The position numbers and the translations under genes were made by a program. The notes under the pieces are model-generated. The model made no database searches. It had not been told where the DNA came from and saw only the letters and a list, made by a program, of their open reading frames with translations. Positions 56,109 to 64,000 of a stretch of DNA of 64,000 bases are shown here, piece after piece. How positions within the stretch are numbered: position 1 is the stretch's first letter; each line of letters begins with the position of its first letter. Source of the stretch: a virus. Location of the stretch: positions 7,785-71,784 of the IMG/VR virus record IMGVR_UViG_3300017766_002362. The stretch is one strand, 5' to 3'.

Positions 56109-57521
56109 CTAGTAAATCTCACGCCACTGCAAGGCTGCACCGACTGATGCAGTTTGATTTCCTGCTGTGGTAATTGTTCTAACTACGACTACATAAACTT
56201 CTGAATCTGTTGAGTCGAAATTCTGAACAATGATATTTTTCTTTGCCGCAGTCAATGCGCCTGATGCAACTGGAGAAAGGGAGTTCTGAGATGCGCCAGC
56301 AGGTACAAATCCTGTAGCAAATGACTCACCATTAGTAATGGTATCTGCATTGATACAGTACTCAACACCGCTTGATGGTGAAGCAGAAGTCCAAACAAGA
56401 GCACCAGTAAGATTAGCCAAATATGATGTATTTGCAAGTTTACGCACTTCGTAAACGATACTATTTGTTTCAGCATGCAGAGCAATTTGATTTAAACGAA
56501 CGCTGATTCGATTTGGAAATCCTTGGAAAGCATTTTTAAGTCGAATTGCAACTAATGGAAGTTCAGTAGCCGAAGGTGTTCTTGTTGAACGATTATTTGC
56601 AGTGATTGCAAAATCAATACCTGATTCAATATAACCGCCTTCGCTGGCGACAGTAGAACAAATCTGTTCCATCGACCCACCAGTTCCTGCTCCAGTATTG
56701 CGAATCTCGCATCGAACTGGAAGGTTTGGATTTGCGATATAAACCTCATCAAGAACATTTGAATGAAGGTACTCATGAGCAATAATTACTTTACCATTAT
56801 GAACAAATCCGCAACGAACACGACCAACACCAAGCCACTGAAAGTCTGTATAGGTTAATTGAGTTTTGGTGATGTCTAGATTAAATCCGCTCAATCCTGT
56901 TCCATCACATTTATCAACATTCCAATCTGATTGTGGAACACGACGCTGGTAAGTATACGGTGCGCCATTAATTGTTGTAACTACATTGGCTTCATTTGCT
57001 GTATTGCCAGTATATGAACGAATAACCCAGTTGAGCGTCTGTGTCGTATTTGCGACTAGATTTCCATTTGCTGTATCACTTCCCACTTGTTCGAAGTAGA
57101 TACCATCTCGATCATCGAAATATCCAGTCCTTTTCGTTACATTTCGATCTGGTGCACCAAAATTGAAAGAAGAAAAGATTAATTGACTCTTTCCTGGTTG
57201 ATAATGGTGATAGAATTTAGTTTGGTGAATTGCATAAGCAGAAGAATTACTATTTGTAGAGAGTGTTGCTTGTGCTTTATTTTGTTCAAATGTAACTGAG
57301 CCATTTGAAGTGACATCCAAAAAGTTTGGATCGATTGCAAAGAGATGTTTATAATCACCGAGTGTGAACAACTCAGAAACACGAGTACGACCAAACGCAT
57401 CTGGTGAAATACCTTTGACTTCTAATCCGTCACCAACGGCTGTTACGGGAAACGGATTACTTGTCGCAACAATCGCATTTGCGTTTAGAACATTTACATT
57501 TTTATTATACAGATAAGTCAT
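56109..57521 (-). CDS. Putative virion structural protein
   Basis: DAFGR.RVS, YQPGKSQL, DFQWLGVGRVRCGF. Confidence 0.7.
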   Translation of the reverse strand: MTYLYNKNVNVLNANAIVATSNPFPVTAVGDGLEVKGISPDAFGRTRVSELFTLGDYKHLFAIDPNFLDVTSNGSVTFEQNKAQATLSTNSNSSAYAIHQTKFYHHYQPGKSQLIFSSFNFGAPDRNVTKRTGYFDDRDGIYFEQVGSDTANGNLVANTTQTLNWVIRSYTGNTANEANVVTTINGAPYTYQRRVPQSDWNVDKCDGTGLSGFNLDITKTQLTYTDFQWLGVGRVRCGFVHNGKVIIAHEYLHSNVLDEVYIANPNLPVRCEIRNTGAGTGGSMEQICSTVASEGGYIESGIDFAITANNRSTRTPSATELPLVAIRLKNAFQGFPNRISVRLNQIALHAETNSIVYEVRKLANTSYLANLTGALVWTSASPSSGVEYCINADTITNGESFATGFVPAGASQNSLSPVASGALTAAKKNIIVQNFDSTDSEVYVVVVRTITTAGNQTASVGAALQWREIY

Positions 57522-58294
57522 TAGATAATTCTCCAAGAATCTCCGCGATATAACATGTGAACTGCACCGTTATTAATCGCAAGAATAAATCCGTTTGCGT
57601 CGTTATCGACTTTTGCAGTCACTGTGATATTATGAGTCTCGCAGTTTCCAGATTCATCTTTGATTACTACTTCTCGACCAGAAGAAATTCCTGCAGGAAT
57701 CGTAATCGTAACAGGACCAGCATAATTAATACCTATGTAATAATCTGAATCGATTACTGTGTATGTATTTGTGGTGACGAGTGTTGTGTTGTGGATAATT
57801 TCGAATGGATTAATTTCATCCATTACGAACCATCCATCTTGATACTTCATATATCGACCGTTAGCAACGGTTGATTTATCTAGATCGTCTTGATCAATAA
57901 TTCGAACAGCACCTGTTCCACCACCACCCCATGATAATGTTGAGATTTTTTGCATCATCTCAGCAATGGTGCGCCGCATTCCTTCTAATTCTTTATCTCT
58001 ATATACAAAATTATTTGCGTTTGCCTTCTTTGTATCAAGAACATTAATAACCTGTTGAACAAGTTCTTCTTTTGGTAAAACCTCAACTGCTGGTGGAGCA
58101 GGAGGTGGTGGGTCTGCTTCTTTTATTAGAACAACTTCTTGTGGTGGTTCTTTTTCTTCTTTAATTTCCTCTTTAAATAAAACCTTGGCAAATTCTTCTT
58201 CTCGACGAATCGACTCAACCAGTTCTTGGTCAACTGGTTGACCGAACGTCTTCATCATTTTGACGAGAAGTTTTTTCTCCTCAAGAGTTTTCAT
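57521..58294 (-). CDS. Hypothetical protein with C-terminal tail-fibre-like domain
   Basis: GGGG.VRI.D.DD; DYYIGINY...GR.VVIKDESG. Confidence 0.65.
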   Translation of the reverse strand: MKTLEEKKLLVKMMKTFGQPVDQELVESIRREEEFAKVLFKEEIKEEKEPPQEVVLIKEADPPPPAPPAVEVLPKEELVQQVINVLDTKKANANNFVYRDKELEGMRRTIAEMMQKISTLSWGGGGTGAVRIIDQDDLDKSTVANGRYMKYQDGWFVMDEINPFEIIHNTTLVTTNTYTVIDSDYYIGINYAGPVTITIPAGISSGREVVIKDESGNCETHNITVTAKVDNDANGFILAINNGAVHMLYRGDSWRII

Positions 58295-58295
58295 T

Positions 58296-59453
58296 TCACA
58301 CCACGAAGCCAGGTTTATACACTGTCTTTCCGCTCACGCTCACTGCTGTTAAAATTTGTTTACGATTCTTTCCCTCTGAATAAGAAGCATGGACCCATCC
58401 AGAATTTGGACCTTCTTTTGGGTCATAGAATTCTAGTATGATTTGATCAAACTCGCAATTATCTGCTACCCATTTTGCGAGGGTTGGATTTGCGAGTCCG
58501 TCGATTTCAAAGTCCACTGCTTCGCCGTTACAATGCTGAGACTTACTAGACCCACCCACAGCAGAGTTAAGGGCAGCACCACGATACCCAGAATTAATGC
58601 GGACAGGCTTGCCAAAATGTTTACGCACAGGTTCAAGAATCTTTTCACAGACTTTTTGTAGGTTTGATGCATGGGCTGGTCCTGGTGTATTATCAATTCG
58701 CTTTCTAATTGCGGTTTCTGATTTTGTAAATTCATTCAACTTAAAGTGTTCAGACAATTGCATGTCTGGTGTCACAGAACTAATTGCAGGAGCAGGTTTT
58801 GCGACTACGTTTGCGACTGGTGCTGCTGCTGGTGCAGCGCTTGTTGCCCAGCCAATGTATTTCTTCGTCTTATCCGAGCGATCCGCCAAGCCGTGAGTAC
58901 CACCATTAATTTTCTTAGTAAGGGATAATATCGCAGCATCTGTCACTCCTTGATCGCAGATTGCCCATAGTTTATTTCGTTCGAAGAAAAACATTGCAGA
59001 CTCAAATGCTAACTCTGTGGCAACAAGGTCTGGATTGCTCATTACATCTGGACGCTTACAATAATCAGCAAATGCTTTATAATTGTCGCGACCAGTCAAT
59101 TGAAGCGCACCACGTCCGCGATATCTCCAACCATCACCAGAAGACTCTGGTCCATTACCCATACGTGATGCATAAACACGATTGGCAATCGCTTCTGGTT
59201 TTCTTTCATATTTTGCTGCTGTTGCTGCATCTGGAAAATACTTCTTAAAGATTCCCATCAAACCTTTTGCATTATAGTTTAAATTCTCAGAGAATGCTTT
59301 AAACCCACCTGTTTCGTGGGCTGTCTGAGCAAAGAAGTGAGCAGCGCGCACGGGGGACAGTTTATAAAATGCCATTGCGGCTTTAAACGTTCCTGGACCC
59401 CATGCGCCGTCTGCTGGAATTCCAATTTTTGTCTGTAGACTTTTAAGACTCAT
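58296..59453 (-). CDS. Endolysin: PG-binding-like N-terminus, GH19 domain and peptidase M15 domain
   Basis: LQ.KIG..ADG.WGPGT; HFFAQTAHETGGF, YRGRGALQLTGR.NY, INGG; INSGYR, SQHCNGEAVD, WVH.SY. Confidence 0.9.
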   Translation of the reverse strand: MSLKSLQTKIGIPADGAWGPGTFKAAMAFYKLSPVRAAHFFAQTAHETGGFKAFSENLNYNAKGLMGIFKKYFPDAATAAKYERKPEAIANRVYASRMGNGPESSGDGWRYRGRGALQLTGRDNYKAFADYCKRPDVMSNPDLVATELAFESAMFFFERNKLWAICDQGVTDAAILSLTKKINGGTHGLADRSDKTKKYIGWATSAAPAAAPVANVVAKPAPAISSVTPDMQLSEHFKLNEFTKSETAIRKRIDNTPGPAHASNLQKVCEKILEPVRKHFGKPVRINSGYRGAALNSAVGGSSKSQHCNGEAVDFEIDGLANPTLAKWVADNCEFDQIILEFYDPKEGPNSGWVHASYSEGKNRKQILTAVSVSGKTVYKPGFVV

Positions 59454-59499
59454 GACTCACCTCAAGCAATGTGATCGTCAACCTCATCAACAACGTCCT

Positions 59500-59808
59500 T
59501 TACAGGCTCTGGAAGTAGATCTTCTGCCTTGGTTCTTCTGGTGTTGGTGCTTTAGGCTCTTCTGTTTTCTTGTCATCCTTACCAAGCATAATGCCTGATA
59601 GAATACCAGTTAAGAAGGTTGCGATTGGTGTGATAAGTTCGAAGAACTTTGCATCATTAGGTGACTGCTGCATTGGCTGCGTCACGAAGATGAGTGAGTA
59701 TAGAACTACGAACACAATTCCTGTAAGTGTGAAAGCAAGAGAAAGACCGACTGTAAACTTTAATCGCGCCATCAATTCACTTTCTGTATAGCGTGGACCT
59801 TTAAACAT
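59500..59808 (-). CDS. 2-TM membrane protein (holin-like); C-terminus probably frameshifted
   Basis: Two TM segments directly upstream of endolysin; alternative frame continues to 59462. Confidence 0.65.
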   Translation of the reverse strand: MFKGPRYTESELMARLKFTVGLSLAFTLTGIVFVVLYSLIFVTQPMQQSPNDAKFFELITPIATFLTGILSGIMLGKDDKKTEEPKAPTPEEPRQKIYFQSL

Positions 59809-59810
59809 AA

Positions 59811-60050
59811 TTATTCTCCTGTATTATTAATTTCTGCTTCTGGAGCAGGGGTTTCTTCAACTTGTGACTCAACTGTTTGTTTCGGCGGCAATCCATTTAA
59901 ACTATCATAACACATTCCATCACCTTCACAGGCTGGACGATTACATTCTTCTTTGTCCTTATTTGCAGGATCTTGACATGGATATCTATATGTATCTTCA
60001 CACGCAATTAGCGTTAATGACAAAGCAAGTAAAAACATTGCCTTTTTCAT
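59811..60050 (-). CDS. Small lipoprotein (RYPCQDP.N...C..P.C...G.C)
   Basis: LIAC lipobox. Confidence 0.75.
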   Translation of the reverse strand: MKKAMFLLALSLTLIACEDTYRYPCQDPANKDKEECNRPACEGDGMCYDSLNGLPPKQTVESQVEETPAPEAEINNTGE

Positions 60051-60051
60051 T

Positions 60052-60399
60052 TCATTTCTTCCCGTATTTTAAATACACCATTGCGCCTGTCATCTCATCC
60101 TCAATAATAATTGGCGCGTCTCTATTTTCTTTTGCATATTGGCGGATGGCTTCGCCGATTTCATCTCGACCAACATAACTCGAATAATGCTCAAACTTCT
60201 TTTTACCAAGTTTGGCTTTATTAAATGCATCTGAAGAAACAACAAAGACCTCTTTTCCAGCAAACTTTTTACGGCGAAGCATACTACCCTTTGTTGTTAT
60301 ACCCTTTGGAACTGGTGGAATGTCTGGTTCAAGACCAGCAACCTGTCCACTTCCAACAGTGTTTACAATTTCTTCTTTAATTTGTTTAATTTTTTTCAT
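60052..60399 (-). CDS. Hypothetical T4-like protein, possible internal head protein
   Basis: MKKIKQIKEE N-terminus. Confidence 0.65.
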   Translation of the reverse strand: MKKIKQIKEEIVNTVGSGQVAGLEPDIPPVPKGITTKGSMLRRKKFAGKEVFVVSSDAFNKAKLGKKKFEHYSSYVGRDEIGEAIRQYAKENRDAPIIIEDEMTGAMVYLKYGKK

Positions 60400-60449
60400 T
60401 TGACTTGTAATCAGTTGTATGTTATAATAACTATGTCCAGTTTTAAGGA

Positions 60450-60839
60450 TTATATTTCTTTTAGAATATTTACAAGATTATCATCTAACATTATATCACT
60501 AGATCTAATATCTTTTCCTCTCACACTCTTTACAATTTCAGGCATTGCTGATGTAAACGCTAACAAAGTTTTTAATGCTCCATAATCTCTTTCATGTATT
60601 TTTAAAAACAATATTCTTGTACTACCTTCAATCCCAAAAACATTTTGACATAATATTAAATGATTTAAAATTAATCTTTCTTTTATTTTACCACTAATTC
60701 TGTATTTGTGTAATAAACGTTTAACGTACCTAAATGCTCTGTAATCTTCTGCGAATTCGCTTTGTATACAGTTAGGTTTATCATAGCACTTGATTGCATA
60801 TAACAAAACATTTGAATCGTTTAAATCATCATAATACAT
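60450..60839 (-). CDS. Hypothetical T4-like phage protein
   Basis: LYAIK.YD.P.C...EF.ED..F.YVKRLL...ERLILNH. Confidence 0.75.
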   Translation of the reverse strand: MYYDDLNDSNVLLYAIKCYDKPNCIQSEFAEDYRAFRYVKRLLHKYRISGKIKERLILNHLILCQNVFGIEGSTRILFLKIHERDYGALKTLLAFTSAMPEIVKSVRGKDIRSSDIMLDDNLVNILKEI

Positions 60840-60845
60840 AAATTA

Positions 60846-61304
60846 TTAATATTCGCTAGTGTCGCCTGAGTCATCGTTTCTTTTTGCATACCATGTTGAT
60901 GGGCGGAATTCTATTTCTTCGCGATCTCCTAAAATATCTTCAGAATCCATGCTCAATAAATCTTGTAATTCATCGTCTGAAACTATTTGGGCATAACCAT
61001 CTACAAATCCATCTTCATTTGTATCATACACAATGTATAGATTATATGGAGATGTTCCAAGTATGTATACTAACTCTGCCCCCAAATCCAAAAAATTATT
61101 TGTTGCAGATTGAGGCAGCGGGAATCCATACCTTTCAGTAAATCCACGCAATTGAGTTAAAAACAATGGAGCGTTTTGATATGGCTTTTCAGTCAACTTA
61201 TCTAACTCTGCATTGATATCGTCCATATTTTGTGCAATATTGCGACTATCAACTTCAATAACATCGTTATATTGTTCTGTTAAAAATTGATTAAAGGTTT
61301 GCAT
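60846..61304 (-). CDS. Candidate internal head protein with capsid-targeting-like N-terminus
   Basis: MQTFNQFLTE resembles T4 IP capsid-targeting sequence MKTYQEFIAE. Confidence 0.6.
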   Translation of the reverse strand: MQTFNQFLTEQYNDVIEVDSRNIAQNMDDINAELDKLTEKPYQNAPLFLTQLRGFTERYGFPLPQSATNNFLDLGAELVYILGTSPYNLYIVYDTNEDGFVDGYAQIVSDDELQDLLSMDSEDILGDREEIEFRPSTWYAKRNDDSGDTSEY

Positions 61305-61887
61305 TTTTCTCACCTTCTATTTCTGGTTTCATATTTACTTTATTTTTCTTTCCTTTAACAATGTCTAAAGTTTTTTGAGCGACGGAGGCACTTTTTTCCT
61401 GCTCACGTTCTTTTTTAGCAGCAAGAGTTCCTGCTTGTTTCTTTCCCTTATTCTGGGCTTTTGTTTGTGCATCGAATTTTGCTTGAGCAGCCTTCACATA
61501 TGGTTTCATTTCTTCTGATTTAACAGAGACACCAGCCTTTGGATTTCCGTATGCTTTTTGTCTTTGTTTAGCAAGATCTTGTTTTGCTTTTAACTTTTTG
61601 GCTAATGGTGGATCAGCACGAAGCATCCAACCTGGACTGAGAGATTTTTTTACTTCATCAACTTGTTCGACTTCTTCGTTCATTTCGCCTTCCATATAGT
61701 TAGATGCTGTTAGAATATAATCTTCAGCAAGAGTAATTTTGCTCTGTACCCATTCTGGAAGATTAGACTCAGGTTTAAGCATGTCGTGCATTCTTTTAGC
61801 ATTAGCGATAATGCTCTTTAACTGCGACATTGCCATGTCACCTTCGTAATCGTATTCGCCTTTATCTTGTGGTGTAATGTCTGCCAT
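61291..61887 (-). CDS. Candidate internal head protein
   Basis: EYDYEGDMA..QL...LPEWVQSKITLA.DY; EEVEQVDE motif. Confidence 0.7.
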   Translation of the reverse strand: MADITPQDKGEYDYEGDMAMSQLKSIIANAKRMHDMLKPESNLPEWVQSKITLAEDYILTASNYMEGEMNEEVEQVDEVKKSLSPGWMLRADPPLAKKLKAKQDLAKQRQKAYGNPKAGVSVKSEEMKPYVKAAQAKFDAQTKAQNKGKKQAGTLAAKKEREQEKSASVAQKTLDIVKGKKNKVNMKPEIEGEKNANL

Positions 61888-61888
61888 A

Positions 61889-64000
61889 TTATTCACCTTT
61901 GTTTAATGTTTTCTTTTTTGCTGATGCGATACGTGCTTTGATAACATCACCGTAAGTGATCTTCTTTGGATCGCCGTGCTTTTTGGCTAGTTCAACTTCC
62001 GTTGCAGTTTCTGGTGTTTTGCCTTCAACTGCTTCTGAGTATGCGCCTTTCTTAGTTACTGCTGCAGTCACTTTTGGTGTTGCGTCGACTTTAGGTTTCA
62101 TTCCGATATAATTTAGACGACCAACCTTCGATCTTACTCTACCGATATCTTTTCGAAGATTCTTTTGCGCTACGTCGCTAAATGCGCGTTTCCAATCTTT
62201 AGTCGCCTCATCCATTTTTTCTTCTTTATCTTCGTCTTCCATTTCTTCTTCGTCTTCAATCTCATCTTCTTCGACTTCCTTCTCCATTTTTTCCATTTTT
62301 TTGGATTCTAGGAATTCGTTTTGCTCATTTTTATTACCTTTTGCTGCATAGTATGCACCAAGAGCCTGTTGAATGCGCTCTTTCTTGCTTTTACCAGCAA
62401 ACTTTGGATTGTCTGAAGCAACGAAATCGCTGATCCATTTTGATGCTGGATCAGCAGCTGTTAATTTTTCTTCGATGTATTCAACTTCTTCTTTCTTGAG
62501 TTCTTTTGCGCGGCGCTCTGAGGCTGGCATTTCTTGATCCTGTTTTCTCTGTAATTCAGCAGCGCGTTTGTCTGATGCTGGGACTTGACCCGTTGCACCA
62601 ATGTCCTTCAAACGCTGTGCTAATGCTGGACGCTCAGCGGCAAGTTGAGCAACTGACTTTGTTGTATCAGTGTGTGCCTTTGCTCCCATTGAAGCCAATG
62701 ACATTGCGCCAACTGCGAGTGCCTTTGCAATTTTGCCTTCTTCGAGTTCGACTTCTTCACCCAACTGAACCAAAGTTCTATTGATACCTTCGATTTTCTT
62801 TTTAGTTTTTGCTGTATCCAAACCATGTTTCTTTTGATGAGCGTGAACTGCGTTAAGATACTTCAAATGCATTTTCATTGCATCTTTTCCGCCAGTTATT
62901 GAGCCTTTTTCCATACTTTGAACTCTTTGCCAATCAGCGGCTTGATCTTCATTTACTGATTCGACTTCTTCACCCATACGAACTTTAGCACCACCATAAA
63001 TTTTCTTGGTGGCTAACTTGATACCAGCAGCGCGTTTGCGGATCTTGTCATCTTCATATGAGGTGTTATCATTATGAGCCTTAAAATATGCACGATTATC
63101 TTTAGCGTCTTCAATATCATCTCGAGCCTTATCGCGATATGCACGAACCATCTTTTGCGACACTTCATCAACCTGCTCGACTTCTTCTTTCTTGAGTCCA
63201 GCCTTCATCGCTTTGCGGGCAAGACCACGAACGTAACGATATCCTGCTGGTTGTTTTCCTGGTGGCATCTTTGGTTTCTCCTTGACTGGTCCGCCGAGCA
63301 TTGATTCGGCTTCCTTCTTTGTAACTTCTTCAATCTGCTCGACTTCTTCAAAATGAGCCTTCATGTGCGCTTCAGTGTCTTTCTTAGTTTGATTTGGACC
63401 AAGACCACCAAGTTTTGTCATGCGGCGAATATACTTTTTAGAAGCAGCAGCAGCACGAGGATTCTTATCTCGATTCAAAAAGTTTTTGACATCAGATGAC
63501 TTTGGACGAGCGGCTGCTTCATAATCGAAGCGCATATTTGCTTCTTCGAGTTCGACTTCTTCAGAAACTTTTCTATTTCCCAATTCATCACGAGAAGCCT
63601 GATACTCAAATGGATTTTTATGTTTATTCATAGGTGTGTAGCGTAATTTACTAACTTTATTCTTAAGAGTAGATGTTGCTTGGGTTCGAGCAACTCTGGT
63701 TGTTGCTCGTTCTAACCCAGCATCTCTGTTAGGGTTCTTTTCATATGCCTTAGAATCTACATTTTTCTTGATATATGACTTTAGAGTTTTTTGATTTAGT
63801 TCATCAATCTGCTCGACTTCTTCTTTCTTTAACATTTCGCGACCAAACCGTGTTGGGCTGTGACCTCTTGCTGGATCAACTTTACCAGCCTTCATTGCTT
63901 TGAGACCAACTTGACGAACATATGCATTTTTCTTGTCTTTATTTTTTGCGTTCGCCATTAAATTGGCAATTTTACCTAACGTATTTTTATCTTTATCTGA
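61889..64000 (-). CDS. Polyprotein-like charged protein with repeated EEVExxxE motifs (5' end outside window)
   Basis: Frame stays open from 63958 to 64000 (SDKDKNTLGKIANLM); seven EEVE motifs. Confidence 0.8.
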   Translation of the reverse strand, partial: SDKDKNTLGKIANLMANAKNKDKKNAYVRQVGLKAMKAGKVDPARGHSPTRFGREMLKKEEVEQIDELNQKTLKSYIKKNVDSKAYEKNPNRDAGLERATTRVARTQATSTLKNKVSKLRYTPMNKHKNPFEYQASRDELGNRKVSEEVELEEANMRFDYEAAARPKSSDVKNFLNRDKNPRAAAASKKYIRRMTKLGGLGPNQTKKDTEAHMKAHFEEVEQIEEVTKKEAESMLGGPVKEKPKMPPGKQPAGYRYVRGLARKAMKAGLKKEEVEQVDEVSQKMVRAYRDKARDDIEDAKDNRAYFKAHNDNTSYEDDKIRKRAAGIKLATKKIYGGAKVRMGEEVESVNEDQAADWQRVQSMEKGSITGGKDAMKMHLKYLNAVHAHQKKHGLDTAKTKKKIEGINRTLVQLGEEVELEEGKIAKALAVGAMSLASMGAKAHTDTTKSVAQLAAERPALAQRLKDIGATGQVPASDKRAAELQRKQDQEMPASERRAKELKKEEVEYIEEKLTAADPASKWISDFVASDNPKFAGKSKKERIQQALGAYYAAKGNKNEQNEFLESKKMEKMEKEVEEDEIEDEEEMEDEDKEEKMDEATKDWKRAFSDVAQKNLRKDIGRVRSKVGRLNYIGMKPKVDATPKVTAAVTKKGAYSEAVEGKTPETATEVELAKKHGDPKKITYGDVIKARIASAKKKTLNKGE

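Noticed and set aside
70-63304. Plus-strand ORFs in the track (e.g. 1270..1911, 13062..13880, 37444..38025, 47462..48103)
   Set aside because: They are antisense shadows of minus-strand genes or of low-complexity repeats, with no recognisable motifs

Overview
A 64-kb segment of a large lytic T4-like tailed phage genome. It resembles uncultured freshwater myophages, and the host is probably a diderm proteobacterium (inferred from spanins, a porin and IHF-type boxes). Essentially all genuine genes lie on the minus strand. 0-18 kb: early/accessory region of small ORFs driven by sigma70-type promoters (TTTAC(A/T)-N17-TATAAT). Five promoters carry an IHF-consensus box exactly 18 bp upstream of the -35, and several make leaderless mRNAs. 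This region also holds a 25-tRNA array interrupted by an HNH nuclease, a gmd-colD-glycosyltransferase module and three structured non-tRNA spacers. 18-31 kb: pstS plus porin, RuvC-like resolvase, 2OG-Fe(II) oxygenases and glyco-enzymes, class II ribonucleotide reductase, thyX, primase. 31-38 kb: spanins, thermonuclease and an operon of secreted/membrane proteins. 38-58 kb: virion fibre region with a 2306-aa collagen-like protein and a thrice-repeated three-gene cassette. 58-64 kb: GH19+M15 endolysin and candidate internal head proteins, including a 5'-truncated polyprotein-like ORF punctuated by EEVExxxE motifs. Product calls come from motif recognition by eye, not database searches.
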